DNA from: Vicugna vicugna
Lineage: Eukaryota
DNA: 64,000 nucleotides
Direction of reading: 5' to 3'
Assembly: GCA_013265495.1 (NCBI GenBank)
Contig: MU058781.1
Location: 8,909,009-8,973,008, forward strand
Each line of letters opens with the position of its first letter. Position 1 is the first letter of the stretch. Below the pieces are notes generated by a model. It ran no database searches. It saw nothing but the letters and a program-made list of their open reading frames with translations, and was not told the origin of the DNA. This document shows positions 1-13,068 of this stretch, piece after piece. Position numbers and translations under genes: made by a program.

Positions 1-487
1 CACATTGTTTTCTCTGTGAGCTACCATAAGATCTTGTGTATATTTCCCTGTGCTATACAGTATAATCTTGTTTATCTATTCTACAATTTTGAAATCCCAG
101 TCTATCCCTTCCCACCCTCTACCCCCCTGGCAACCACAAGTCTGTATTCTCTGTCCATGAGTCTATTTCTGTCCTGTATTTATGCTTTGTTTTTGTTTGT
201 TTGTTTGTTTTTGTTTTTTAGATTCCACATATGAGCGATCTCATATGGTATTTTTCTTTCTCTTTCTGGCTTACTTCACTTAGAATGACATTCTCCAGGA
301 GCATCCATGTTGCTGCAAATGGCATTATGTTGTCAGTTTTTATGGCTGAGTAGTATTCCATTGTATAAATATACCACATCTTCTTTATCCAGTCACCTGA
401 TGATGGACATTTAGGCTGTTTCCATGTTTTGGCTATTGTAAATAGTGCTGCTATGAACATTGGGGTGCAGGTGTCATCCTGAAGTAG
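1..487 (-). mobile_element. Young lineage-specific LINE-1, ORF2 C-terminus plus 3' UTR
   Basis: Minus-strand peptide DTCTPMFIAALFTIAKTWKQPKCP...YTMEYYSAIK...SLICGI* is the L1 ORF2 C-terminus with an intact frame. Confidence 0.95.
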
Positions 488-1465
488 NNNNNNNNNNNNN
501 NNNNNNNNNNNNNNNNNNNNNNNNNNNNNNNNNNNNNNNNNNNNNNNNNNNNNNNNNNNNNNNNNNNNNNNNNNNNNNNNNNNNNNNNNNNNNNNNNNNN
601 NNNNNNNNNNNNNNNNNNNNNNNNNNNNNNNNNNNNNNNNNNNNNNNNNNNNNNNNNNNNNNNNNNNNNNNNNNNNNNNNNNNNNNNNNNNNNNNNNNNN
701 NNNNNNNNNNNNNNNNNNNNNNNNNNNNNNNNNNNNNNNNNNNNNNNNNNNNNNNNNNNNNNNNNNNNNNNNNNNNNNNNNNNNNNNNNNNNNNNNNNNN
801 NNNNNNNNNNNNNNNNNNNNNNNNNNNNNNNNNNNNNNNNNNNNNNNNNNNNNNNNNNNNNNNNNNNNNNNNNNNNNNNNNNNNNNNNNNNNNNNNNNNN
901 NNNNNNNNNNNNNNNNNNNNNNNNNNNNNNNNNNNNNNNNNNNNNNNNNNNNNNNNNNNNNNNNNNNNNNNNNNNNNNNNNNNNNNNNNNNNNNNNNNNN
1001 NNNNNNNNNNNNNNNNNNNNNNNNNNNNNNNNNNNNNNNNNNNNNNNNNNNNNNNNNNNNNNNNNNNNNNNNNNNNNNNNNNNNNNNNNNNNNNNNNNNN
1101 NNNNNNNNNNNNNNNNNNNNNNNNNNNNNNNNNNNNNNNNNNNNNNNNNNNNNNNNNNNNNNNNNNNNNNNNNNNNNNNNNNNNNNNNNNNNNNNNNNNN
1201 NNNNNNNNNNNNNNNNNNNNNNNNNNNNNNNNNNNNNNNNNNNNNNNNNNNNNNNNNNNNNNNNNNNNNNNNNNNNNNNNNNNNNNNNNNNNNNNNNNNN
1301 NNNNNNNNNNNNNNNNNNNNNNNNNNNNNNNNNNNNNNNNNNNNNNNNNNNNNNNNNNNNNNNNNNNNNNNNNNNNNNNNNNNNNNNNNNNNNNNNNNNN
1401 NNNNNNNNNNNNNNNNNNNNNNNNNNNNNNNNNNNNNNNNNNNNNNNNNNNNNNNNNNNNNNNNN
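488..1465. other. Assembly gap (978 N)
   Basis: Run of N bases. Confidence 1.
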
Positions 1466-1953
1466 ACACAGAAAACTATAAACCATTGATGAAGGAAATT
1501 AAAGATTTTAAAAAATGGAAAGATGTCCCATGCTCTTGGATCGGAAGAATCAATATTGTTAAAATGGTCACACTGCCCAAGGCAATCTACAGATTTAATG
1601 CAATCCCTATCCAATTACCCAGGACATATTTCACAGAACTAGAACAAATCATAATAAAATTTATATGGAACCATCAAAGACCTAGAATTGCCAAAGCATT
1701 ACTGAAGAGAAAGAAAGAGGCTGGAGGAATAACTCTCCCAGACTTCAGACAATACTATAGAGCTACAGTCATCAAGACAGCATGGTATTGGTACCAAAAC
1801 AGACATATGGACCAATGGAACAGAATAGAGGGACCAGATATGAACCCACAAACTTTTGGTCGACTAATCTTCGACAAAGGAGGCAAGAATATACAATGTA
1901 ATAAAGACAGTCTCTTCAGCAAATAATGTTGGGAAAACTGGACAGTAGCATGT
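1466..1953 (+). mobile_element. Young LINE-1 ORF2 segment in opposite orientation (probable 5'-inverted part of the same insertion)
   Basis: Peptide [11 protein letters not shown]...[12 protein letters not shown]...AGGITLPDF...DSLFSK*CWENW is L1 ORF2 downstream of the RT core. Confidence 0.93.
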
Positions 1954-3680
1954 TTAACTTTTGAAGAAAGTGCCAAACTGCTCTCTAAAGGAACTGCACC
2001 ATTTTAAATTTCCATCTGCAATGGATAAGGGTTTCCATTTCTCAGTATGCACATCAATGTCTTTTTCTAGTCTTCTTTCAATATAGCCATTCTACTGGGT
2101 ATGTGGCATCTTGTATGGTTTTAACTTGCACTGCCCTGATTACTAATGATGTTGGGCAACTTTTCATGCATATATTAGCTTTTTATATATCTTCTTTAGT
2201 GAAGTGCTTGTTGAGATCCTTGGCCCGTTGTACAGTTGTGTTGGCTTCTTATTAGTGAGCCATGAGGGTACTTAATATATTTTGAATACAAAACTTTTTA
2301 TCAGATATATGATTTGTAAATACTTTCTCCTAGTCTTGGCTTTTTTTTTTCTTAATGGTGTCTTTTCAATAAGTCCAATTTATCTATTTATCCAATTTTC
2401 TTAAATAGGTTGTACTTTTGTTGTTAGTGTTGTAGCTAAGAAATCTTTACCTAACTCAAGGTCACAAATATTTTTTCCCATGTTTTCTTCTGGAAGGAGT
2501 AATTTTTGATCTTAAATTTATATCTATGATTCATATGGAATTACTTTTTGTGTATAATATAGGCAAGGATCTAATTAAGTCTTTTTTTTTTTGTATATGA
2601 TATCCAATTGCTCTAGCACCATTTATTGAAAATGCTATCTCCTGCCCTCACTGAATTGCCTTGGCAATTTTGTTGAAAATTAACCATAAATGTGTGGATG
2701 TATTTTTGGACTCTGTGTTGTCCCACTGACCTGTCCTTATATGGCTACCACACTGTCTTGATTACTATAGCTTTATAGTAATTCTTTATGTCAGGTTCGT
2801 CCATTCCTCCATTCCACTAACTTTGTTCCTTTGCAAAATTGTTTTAACTATTCAAAGTCATTTGCATTTCCATATAAATTTTAGAATCAGCTTAATTTAT
2901 TTCTCTGTCTTTCCTGTATTGGTTAGAACCTCTAGTAATATGTTGAATTGAAGAAATGAGAGCAGAAATCCTTTCCTCATTACTGTTCTTAGTGGAAAAG
3001 CATTCAGTCTTTCACCAATAAATAGGGTAGTAGCTGTTGACCCTTTATCAGGTTGCAGTAGTTTCCTTCTGCTTCTTGTTCACTGAGTTTTTATCATGAA
3101 TGAGTGTTGAATTTTAAAATGAGTTTTCTGCATGTACTAAGATCACTGTGGGGTTTTTATCATTTATTCTTTTAATGTGACTTACAGAGTTAATTGATAT
3201 TTACATGTCAAACCAACCCTTGCGTTCCTGATATTAAACACATGGTCATAGTGTACCGTACTTTTTGCATGTTTCATGGTTCACTTTGCTGATATTCTGT
3301 TAAGAATTTGTGTCTCTGTGTTCATGAGAACTATTGGTCTGGAGTTACTTCTGTCTCTTCCTCCAGTTTTCCTAGGCTACTACTAGACTTGTAAAATGAG
3401 TTTCTTTCTCATCTCCGAAATAGTCTCTGTAGTATTGCTTTTATCCTCTCTTAAGTGTGAAGCCATCTAAGCCTGTGTTGTTTTGTGCTGTTTTCTTTGG
3501 TGGCAAGATTTTTAATTACAAATTCAAATTCTGTAGTAGATAAAAAGCTATCCAGATTTTCTGTTTCTTGAGTCAGTTTTTATAATTTATATCTTTCAAA
3601 AAATTTGCCCATTTCATCTAAGATTTTAATTTGTTGACATAAAATTGCTTATAACATATCCTTAATATGGTGTCTGTAGT
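1954..3680 (-). mobile_element. Old degenerate L1M ORF2 fragment
   Basis: T-rich antisense L1 motifs such as tatccaattgctctagcaccatttattgaaa, ttgattactatagctttatagta and ttttagaatcagctt. Confidence 0.85.
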
Positions 3681-4317
3681 GCCTTTTACTTTTTGCGAAT
3701 AAATAGCTGGTAAAAGTCAGAAAAAATAGGTCAAAATTTCTGATATTCAGGCTAATTGAACATTTTCATTTTCATCTTTCTTTCAGAATTAATGCTACTA
3801 TGAAAATACAAATATAGAAGGTCTTTTAAATTTTAAAAAGCCGTAATACCTAGTAATTATATTTATTAGACTCACAGCTTCAATAAGTTTGTGGAAATGA
3901 TCGTTCTTAAAAATTTTAGTATTTTGAAAATTCATACCATCTCCAAAACAGCAATTACTCACATTTAGTGTATTAAATATTTGGATTAATATCCTGTTTT
4001 ACACCCCTTAAAATTTCCTCATAGCCATTTAAATCATATGCAGGTAGTTTAGAATTTGGTCCGCTTCAGACTTTTTTGGTTTTCTCATATACTGAAGAAA
4101 ACTATTTACAAAGTAAAGTAACAGTGTAAATATGAAATTTTTTATTTGGCTCACCTGAGGAACCCAGTTATTTTGAGGACCCTCAGTAGCATGATTTGAA
4201 TGTACAAAATAATGTGAAGATGAGCTTCAGCATGAAAGTGTAGTCTCTACTTTGAAAACATTTTGTGGGTAATCAATTTACATTCTTATGTACTTGGATA
4301 ATTTTTTTTAACTTCAG

Positions 4318-4442
4318 TTTTTTGGGGTGGATAGGTAATTAGGTTCATCTGTTTATTTATTACTTTGGTGGAGGTACCAGGAATTGAAGCCGGGACCTTG
4401 TACATGCTAGCCAGGCAATCTACCACTGAGCTATGTGCTCCC
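4318..4442 (-). mobile_element. tRNA-Ala-derived SINE (camelid Vic-1-like)
   Basis: The reverse complement starts GGGAGCACATAGCTCAGTGGTAGA (A box), has a degenerate B box (GCTTCAATTCC), then an AT-rich tail with ACCTAATTACC. It is homologous to the copy at 29.7 kb. Confidence 0.85.
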
Positions 4443-5759
4443 TTAGGTTCTTTGAAACTTAATCTGCTTGTACTTTTAAACACTGACTAGCTTAGGTCTT
4501 TAATTAATAGTGGCCTACCCCCACTCCTGTTGTCAGTCAAGTTTTTGTGTAGGTTATCAAGGATATTTATGCATTGAACACCCCCTTCATTAACATTTGG
4601 GATTACACCTATAAAGGTTTGTCTTTTCTTTTTCACTGTGGATCTTAAGGCCAAAGTAAACAGGTGTTGCATAATACTGAGCTCAACTCTGTTGGATCGA
4701 GAAGGGTGCAGGGGGAGGGGAGAGTATCAGTAAGGTACTTTCCTTTGGGAATGCCCCATAATCTAGTGCCAAGTTCACTCCAATTCATAGCCTAGGACAA
4801 TGACCAATTGTCTTTGTCTCACAGGCAATTTCTCAGATTTCTTTTTTTAAATTTCCTAGGGGAGATACTCTCTTCTCTGTCATTTCTGCTGTGATCTATT
4901 ACTTTTATCTTTAGTTGTGGATTTCTTTTGTTCAGGAGTAGTTATAAGTCAAGTGTAAAAATTTGCTGATTGAAGTTATTGACATTTTCATTTTGCATGC
5001 TTTAGTAAGTCTAGAAAAACAGTCTTTTAATTTACAGCTAACTGTAAAAACATGTTTATGATTTTCAAAAGTAATTTTGATAATTACCCTTAAAGGAGAA
5101 AAATTGTTTTTATATCACAATAAAAATTTTTTCAAAATAGTTTCATTTTTTAAATGGATATTGTCTCTTTTTCTATTTATCATCCCAGAGAAAAGTTCCA
5201 GACCTTGACATTTCTCTTACTAATTAAAGTTCAGCCAGATTAATAGCTGGATGAGACTAAGTAGAGATCAAGAAAAATATTTTTTTAATTTGTCGTCCTC
5301 TCAACAGAGACATTAAAGTATTATTCAAACAAAGTATGGAAAACTGTTGTTTTTATGAAGCTGTTTATATCAGGAGTCCAGTAATTTGACTTTTCTCATT
5401 GTTAGATCCTTTGTTCTCTCTTATGCCCCAAAATATCTAATAGAGCTTAGTAAGATAAATTATTTTATTCATCCACATAGAAATGCGTTTAAGTGAGAGA
5501 AAAAATTGGCATATAGGTAGGTTTCTGTTATTCGAAATGTTTAGGGCTATTTTTCCTGTTGTTCATGGATTCAAGATAATACTGCAGTTTTGAATGCTGT
5601 TAATGTTCTTTGTTATTTTTACACTGTTAATATGCGATAGAGTATTGGGGTTTACCTGTGGAGAAACTCAACGACCGGAGAGAAATGACTTCCAAGACGC
5701 TAACATTTGGGCCTGTGAAAAACAGAGGCAGCTTGCTACCCAGTCACCCTGATGGGAAG

Positions 5760-6320
5760 CTTTTAGTGCTTTACTCTTAGGTATTAAAGGGCACCGAGAA
5801 TCGCTTTATATCATGGCAGGTCTTAATTACAACTGAGAAGGGCCAGAATACAAGCACCTGGAGGAAATAGACACAAATGCAGTGAGCAGAGGAAAAACTG
5901 AAGACGTTTCATTGTATCCTCAGAGTTAAGAAAAGGTGTTGCACCTCTAAAACAAAAACAGTAAGCTGTGAAAGCGAAAACTGGAAAGCAAGAAAGAGTT
6001 ACTAGAATTTATTATCAATGGAAATACTATTCATACTATTAATTTAACTAAAAATTGAGCAGTGACTATGTTGGGAGGGGAAGGATAGAGTAGTTTAAAG
6101 AGCTAAATCCTCACTGAAGTCAGTAAATATTGCCTAACAATCAGTAAATCTAGAAATAGCAGGAAAAGCATCAATGTTAAACTGTAGACGAAAGGATAAA
6201 GGAAACATCTCAAAGAATGAAAAATGGGTATCTCTTGAGGATGACAGGGGCCGTGTTTTCAATAGGCTTTTAGTATTTAGGGCTCTTTAAAACTGCTTGC
6301 AAATGTCCCTTTCCTAAAAA
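5760..6320 (+). mobile_element. Ancient L1MC/ME-type 3' region remnant
   Basis: A-rich sequence with the agagctaaatcctca...agtcagtaaata motif typical of old L1 3' UTRs. Confidence 0.45.
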
Positions 6321-6424
6321 TAAATTTTAATTTTTAAAGGAATAGTGGTACTTAAAATGTCAAGGAAATAGAATAATTATGGATTGTAGTCAACTTTTTA
6401 CATTTTTGTCTTATTATTTTCTAG

Positions 6425-6605
6425 AGTTCCTGGAATAACTATTGCTACAGACATTATCTGTGGTTTTCCTGGAGAAACAGACCAAGATTTTCAAGAAACA
6501 GTGAAACTTGTTGAAGAATACAAGTTTCCAAGCCTCTTTATTAACCAGTTTTACCCAAGACCAGGAACTCCTGCTGCAAAAATGGAACAAGTTCCAGCAC
6601 AAGTG
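6425..6605 (+). CDS. CDKAL1: CDKAL1 internal coding exon (C-terminal part of the radical SAM domain), 181 nt, phase 2 to phase 0
   Basis: A pyrimidine tract and ...ttttctAG acceptor (AG 6423-6424) precede it and a GTAAGA donor starts at 6606. After one leading base it translates to [60 protein letters not shown]. This carries the methylthiotransferase motifs TDII(C/V)GFPGET and YPRPGTPA and matches CDKAL1 as I recall it. Confidence 0.97.
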
Positions 6606-7384
6606 GTAAGAATCTTTTCTTGTAAGGTATTATATTTAGCCAGTAGCTATAAAAATGGAACTATGTTGCCTACCTTAACACAACTGGCTCATGGTATAAC
6701 CCTTAAGTTAAAAATATGGAGTGTTTGTTCCCAGTTGGGGTCAGGACAGGGAGACTTTTGGTAAGTTAAATGACCTTAGGAACTAAAATATCACTTTATT
6801 TTTTCGTCTTCAAGAGTGAAATTCAGATGACACTGGGAAAAAAATTTTAACTAATATCTAGTGCTACCTGTGTGTATAAGATAAATCCTTGGATGTTTCA
6901 AAATAAGGCAAAATTTAAATATCTATGAGCAAAGGAGGCTTCCCTGCTTCTTAAGAGACCCTTTTCATAATTTGTTACTCACTGGGGGGGTCCCATGGTT
7001 TTCCTGCTTTTCCATAGGGTAGGTTTTATGCTGTCTCTCTGTTTCAGATGTGTGTTGCTTTCACAATGAATCTCAATTGAATTTCATCCTTACATGTTCG
7101 TAGATATATTAGAGTAAGATGACTTAAAATAAATGTGAAGAAGTCTGAGATCCAGTAAAGGCACACTGTTTTCCAGAATGCCCAAGAAATTAATGGCCTC
7201 AAACAAACATTTGGTTTCTAGATTCATTGGCTAAAGATGAAAAAATATTAAGCCTTAAGAGAAAGTAGAATTTTTTAACTGAAAGTGTTACGCTTTGTTT
7301 CTAATTATTAAAACAAATTATGTGCTACCATGAATTTTTCACAAACACAAAAAGTAGTCAAATTAATTCATTACTTTTTTATCT

Positions 7385-9500
7385 AAATTACAGTTTTTGT
7401 TGAGGTATAATTTGCATACAGCAGAATTACCTCTTTTTGGCATACAATTCTTTGAATTTTGATAAATGCATTCATTAGTGTAACTACTCCCACAATCAAG
7501 ATACGGAATGGTTCCGTCAGCCCCCCAAAACTCGCTTTTACTTTTTTGTGGTCATCTACTCCCTCCATCCTCAGCTCCTGGAAGCTACTGTTCTATGGTC
7601 TTTATAGTTTAATCCATTCTTTTTTAAACATTACTTCTTTAATAAAACACTTTTTTGAACTACAGCATACCTGCAGAAAAATACACAGCTATACATGTTC
7701 ATAAAGTGAATACTTCCATGTAACCCCCAGTCTGATCAAGAAATAGAACATGAGCAGTATCCCATTGTGCCTTTTCCCTACTGTCCTCTCCCATTCCCCA
7801 GCAGAAACCACTGTCCCTCGTTCTGGCACCGTACATTAGTTTGACCTGTTTTTAAACTTGATGTAAATGATCTTGATGTAAATGATCATTCATCGGTATT
7901 TGAATGTTTGACTTTTTTAATTTAACTGAACATTGTGTTGATGAGACTAGTTTGTTTTTGCTAGTAGCTGTAGCTCATCCATTTTCATTGCTATGTAGTG
8001 TTCCATTGCATGCAAACCACAATTTATCCATCCTAATGTGAAAGACGAATTGAGCTTTTTCAACATTCCATTGTTAGTATCACAACGCGTACAGCTGTCA
8101 GCATTTCTATTTGTATCTTTTATTGGGCTCATGTATGTAAATATTTTCTGCTGGGTGTTTAGCTAGGAGTATAGTTGCTGAGTCATAGGAAGTATAATTG
8201 CTCTGCTTTACTAGATACTGCCCAATAGTTTTTCCAAATAGTTGAATTTACAGTTCCAACAGCATTATAGATGAAAATGCTAGCAGCGCTGTATCCTTGC
8301 CAACAGCTGGCATTGTTATGTTTTTATTAGTAGCCATTCTGGTGGGAATGTAATGTAATCTAACTGTGGTTTTTATATCCCCCTGTTAACTAATGATATT
8401 GAATACCTTTTATACGTTTATTGGAGATTTGGGTATACTTTTTCACGAAGTGCTTATTCAGACCTTTGTCCGTTTATCTCTGTTTTGTTTGTTCCCCACT
8501 CCCCTCTATTTTATAGGAATTATTTGTGTATTCTTGATAGAGGTCCTTTGCTGGTCATGGTAATTTAAATATCTTCCATTCTGTAACCAGTCCTTTTGCT
8601 CTTTTAATGGTGCCTTTTGAAGAGCAGACATTGTTAATTTTATATAGGATTTATCAAATGTTTTTGTTTTAGTGTTTTTTGGGTCCTGTTTAAAATTACC
8701 TTCCCCACATTGTCATGAAGATACTCTTATAGAAATTTTATGTACTGTTCTTCAGTGTACTCTTCAAGAAATTTTATAATTTTCTCTTTTACCTTTGGAT
8801 CTTCAATCCAACTGGAATTTCTTTTTTTTAAGGTAAGAGGTGTGGAGGTCAAGACTTTTTTTTTTTAAATAAGGATATTCATTTGCATTATCGCCACTTA
8901 TGGAATATCTCATCCTTTACCCACTGCTCTGCCTGGTCACCTTTATCATGAATCAACTGTCTTTACATGTAGATCTGTTCTGGAACTTCATTCTAGAGTT
9001 CCTTTGGTCTGTTTATCTTTCCACCAAATCAGAGTTAATTACTGTAGCTTATAAGGCTTGATTTTGGCAGTTTAAGGATTTCTACTCTGTTTTTTCCTTG
9101 AAAATTGTCCTGACTCTTCTTGGTCCTTTGACTTTCTAAATTTGTCAACCGTCACTAAGAAATCCTGATAGAATTTGAATTGTGATTGTATTGATTCTGG
9201 AGATCATTTTAGGGGAAATCGACATTGTAATAATACCAAGTTTTCCATCTTTGAATGAAATAGCTCTCTCTGTTATTTTAATCTTCTTGATTTCTGTCAG
9301 TAGTGTTTTACAGTTTTCTGTATACAAGCCTTGCATATCATTTACTGTTTTTATTCTTACATATGTCTGCCCTTGATACTATTAAAATGATTTTCATTTT
9401 TAATTGTTATTACCATTTAGAAATATAATTGATTTTAATATATTTACCTTTCACACATCAACATTGCAAAATTCATTTATTCTAATAATTTTTCTGTAGA
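7385..9500 (-). mobile_element. Old L1MC/ME 3' ends followed by ORF2 remnant
   Basis: ttgaggtataatttgcatacag 3'-end motif, a second 3' end near 7640, and antisense ORF2 motifs (agccattctggtggg, aatcctgatagaatttgaattgtgattgtattga). Confidence 0.8.
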
Positions 9501-9827
9501 ATTTTTTTCCTTTACTGTCTTCATCTGTTTTTAATCAGCCATTCAACTCATCAGTGGAATTTCTAATTTTAGTTAATTTGTTTTTTATTTCTAGAGTTGC
9601 AACTTGATTCTTTCTAATAGATTCCATTATTAAAATGAAATTCCTTATATTTTTGAACACCTTTACTGTTATCTTAAAGCCCATGCTGAACTCTTCAATA
9701 CCTGGATCTCACGTCAGCTTATTTGTGCTGCTGTTTTCTTTTTCTTGATTTTGATCGTTCATCTTCTCTTTCCGTATACCTGATCATTTTTATTAAATGA
9801 TGACTATTGTTTACTTTTTAAAAAACC

Positions 9828-10252
9828 AATTGGGTGGACCTAGAGATTATCATACATATCATATCATATAAGTAAAGTAAAAGTCAGACAGAGAAAAATA
9901 TCATACGATACCACTTATATGTGGAATCTTTAAAAAAATGATACAAATGAACTTATTTACAAACCAGAAATAGAGTCACAGACAAAGAAAATAAATTATG
10001 GTTACCAAAGTGGATAGGGGATAGAAAGGGGTAAATTAGGAGTTTGGAATTAACATATACACACTACTGTATGTAAAATGGATTAACAACAAGGACCTAC
10101 TGTATAGCACAGGTTATATCTTGTATTGACCTATAATGGAAAAGAATCTGAAATATATATATATATAGATATAGCACTGAATCACTTTGCTGTACACCTG
10201 AAACTAACACAGCATTGTAAATCAACCATATATACATACATACATACATACA
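9828..10252 (+). mobile_element. 5'-truncated cetartiodactyl L1 3' end with TSD ttttaaaaaacc
   Basis: tggacctagagattatcata...gctgtacacctgaaactaacac...ttgtaaatcaac and a (TACA)n tail. ttttaaaaaacc occurs at ~9816-9827 and again at ~10253-10264. Confidence 0.9.
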
Positions 10253-10433
10253 TTTTAAAAAACCCTAAAACTATACGTTCTAGACTATCATGCAGCTTCC
10301 TCTGGGAGGATTTAATTTTGCTTCTGCTAGACTCTTAAGGGCTGATCACTTGAATTGATCTAAGGCTGATTTTTGAAACTGTTTTCAGTTTTTCTGAGGA
10401 TTGGATTGTTTCTGGCTCACCCTTACTTTTTTT

Positions 10434-10615
10434 GTGTATGTGTATATTTTTTTTATTGAAGTATAGTCAGTTTATAATGTTGTGTCAGCTTCTGTGTACA
10501 GCACAATGCTTCAGTCACACATGAACATACATATGTTCGTTTTCATGTTCTTTTTCACCATAAGTTACAAGATACTGAATATACTTCCCTGTGCTATACA
10601 ATATAAGCTTGTTTC
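10434..10615 (-). mobile_element. Short L1 3'-tail insertion with TSD cccttacttttt
   Basis: ttattgaagtatagtcagtt...ttccctgtgctataca, with cccttacttttt on both sides (~10420 and ~10617). Confidence 0.85.
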
Positions 10616-10637
10616 GCCCTTACTTTTTGATGGCAGC

Positions 10638-10824
10638 CAGTGGTGAGCTGCTGTTTTCACAACTGACAATCAGTGGGATGGGTTCTGACGTGAAACATTT
10701 GCCAATTTCCATAGTGTAAATAGTTCCACTCTTACCAGTTTCAGACCATCAGTGTGACATCACTGAGCATGAAATTGGGAAGAGAAAATGCACGTAATCA
10801 ACTCCTGATCCAACACACCAGCTG
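10638..10824. mobile_element. MER63-like hAT-Blackjack MITE
   Basis: Termini cagtggtgagctg / caacacaccagctg and internal tttgccaatttccatagtgtaaata...gtgacatcactga...ttgggaagaga. Confidence 0.75.
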
Positions 10825-11339
10825 GTGGAGCTCTTCAGGGTCTCAACAGAAATTCTGTGGTGGTTACCAGGGCCTTTTTTTACGGCAGCTCTTCAACTCT
10901 AATTTTTGTCTCCACAGACCCGTGAGAACTCCTAGGACACTGCATAGTTTCTCAGCCTCTTAGCTTTAACTTGGCTGCTCAGCCTCCCAGCCACTGCTTC
11001 CAACTAGATAAATACCCAGAAGGGAAAAGTAGATTCAAATATTGAGCTTCTCTCTGGGATCTCAGGGTTCCTCAGGTTCTCACTGCCTTGGTAGCTTTTT
11101 GATGTTCAAATAGTACATATTATAAATTTTATTCACCTTTTCTAATTGCTCTTGGCAAGATCACTGGTTTGATACAAGCTAGTTTGCCTTAGCCAGAAGC
11201 AGAATTTTTTACATAAAATCAGCTTTCAGATGCTTTTTTTTTTTTTTTGCTCTTGGCTTTTATCTTCTAAACATAGCTCCTTAGCATCTTCTTTACATTT
11301 TTAGACACAGTCACCCAGTCTTGGCATAGCAGAACCTTT

Positions 11340-11850
11340 TTTTTTTTAAGACTGTATATTTTAGAGCAGTTTTAGGTTCTTAACAAAAATTGAGTAGAAA
11401 GTACATAGAGTTCCCATATACTGTGCCACAAACACGGACAACCTCTCCTGATAATAACATCCCTCAGCACGGTGCTACATCGATTTTATCAGTGAACCTA
11501 CATTGACATCATTGTCACCCAAAGTCAGTACTTCACTCTTGGTGTTGTACATTCTATGGGTTTGGAAAAATGTGTAGTGACATGTATGTACCATTATAGT
11601 ATCATACAGAATATTTCCACTTCCGTGAAAATCCTCTGTGCGCCACCTGTTCATCCCTCTCTCCCCACCTCCCCCCACCCCCAACACCTGGCAGCCACTG
11701 ATTATTTTTACTGCCTTCATAGTTTTGCCTTTTCCAGAATGTCATATAGTTGGAATCACCAGAGTTGTAGCCTTCTCAGATTGGCTTATTTCACTTGGTA
11801 ATGTGCATTTAAAATTTCTCTGGGTCTTTCTATGGCTTGATAGCTCATTT
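11340..11850 (-). mobile_element. L1MC/MD-type 3' end
   Basis: tttagagcagttttaggtt...aaattgagtagaaagtac...gagttcccatata motif. Confidence 0.85.
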
Positions 11851-11859
11851 TGCATTCAT

Positions 11860-12245
11860 TTTAAAACAACAGAAAGTTACTGTCTTACAATTTTGGAGAC
11901 TAAAGTCCAAAGGGAGACCCCTGCTCCCTCTAGACCGTGTAAGAGAATCCTTCCTTGCCTCTTCCTAGCTTTGGTTGGTTTGCGGGTAGTCTTTTTTCGT
12001 TTGCTTGTAACTGTTTAACTCCATTCTCTTCCTTTATTGTCACATGGTGTCCCTTTGTGTCTCTGCCTTTTATGTCTGTCTTCTTGTAAGGACCTCCGTC
12101 ATAGGAGATTAGGGGCCCACCCTACTCCTCATCTTAACTAGTTAGATCTGCAATGACCTCTTTCCAAATAAGGTCACATTCTCAGGTGCTAGGGGTTAGG
12201 ACATCAGCATATCTTTTGTTGGGGAGATACAACTGAATCACAGCA
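11860..12245 (-). mobile_element. MLT1 (MaLR) LTR, MLT1B/C-like
   Basis: ttaaaacaacagaaa...ccttgcctcttcctagct...tttccaaataaggtcacattctcaggtgctaggggttaggac. Confidence 0.85.
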
Positions 12246-13068
12246 CTTGCCTACTTTCCTGTAATTATGCTGTAGGTAAAAACAGTAGCCTGGAAGAGTT
12301 TCATCTTTATAAAATGCAGAAACTTAAATAAAGAGAATTAAGTTTTAATGATGAAAATTTAGAGACCTGCCATCAAATAGAGGATACGTAATGTACATTG
12401 AGTCTTCTTGGTTTTCCTAAATTTTTCAAAAATTAACAGTTATCCACCCTAAGGTAGGTACTTCATGATAAGGTACATTATGAAACTGCCTGGCTTTTAG
12501 ACTTCACAGAAAACATTGCTACAAAGTAGTAATTCCTTATCTAATTTGTTTCCCATTTCCTTGCCAAAAAAAAAATCAGCAATAAAAGTAGCCTCTAACC
12601 CATTATTGGAAGAACACACCAACACTTCATTTCAAACAGCAGCTCTTCATTGTGGCTGTAGAAGGCCTCTTAGTGAAAATATATTGTCTACTTATGTACG
12701 TTTTATTTCCACTGAAGTCAAGCCCTCCAAATTTCTTCCCCTATAAATGGCACAAAATAAATCATTTCAGTACACTTTTCCCTTTCTTTATAACTATTTT
12801 TACATTAATGCTAATATTAATATAAGTAAATTCCAGTGCTTTTAATGTCTTATAGTAAAGTCTGATAAATGAACTAAATTATGTGTATTTTTAATCATTT
12901 AAATCATCAAATGGAAAAAGCACCATTCAGTTGAGTTTTGCACTTTTATAGGTGGGAAGGGTGGATTTTTTTGTCAGTCCTTGATTGCCCACTGAAATAA
13001 AAAGAGTGAAAGAGTATAATCCTCTTTTTTATTAAATGATGACCATTGTTTATTAAATAAAAAAAAAA

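Noticed and set aside
218..1926. Long ORFs of 331-488 aa in the ORF track
   Set aside because: They are artefacts of translating through the N gap. The real residues are L1 ORF2.
4370..4442. tRNA-Ala-like sequence (also at 29680-29754)
   Set aside because: These are degenerate cloverleafs with a SINE tail, and one copy has a TSD. They are SINE heads, not tRNA genes.
6501..6764. 87-aa ORF as a standalone gene
   Set aside because: It is part of the CDKAL1 exon read through the donor site into the intron.
7857..7886. 15-bp tandem duplication cttgatgtaaatgat x2
   Set aside because: Ordinary slippage duplication inside an old L1.
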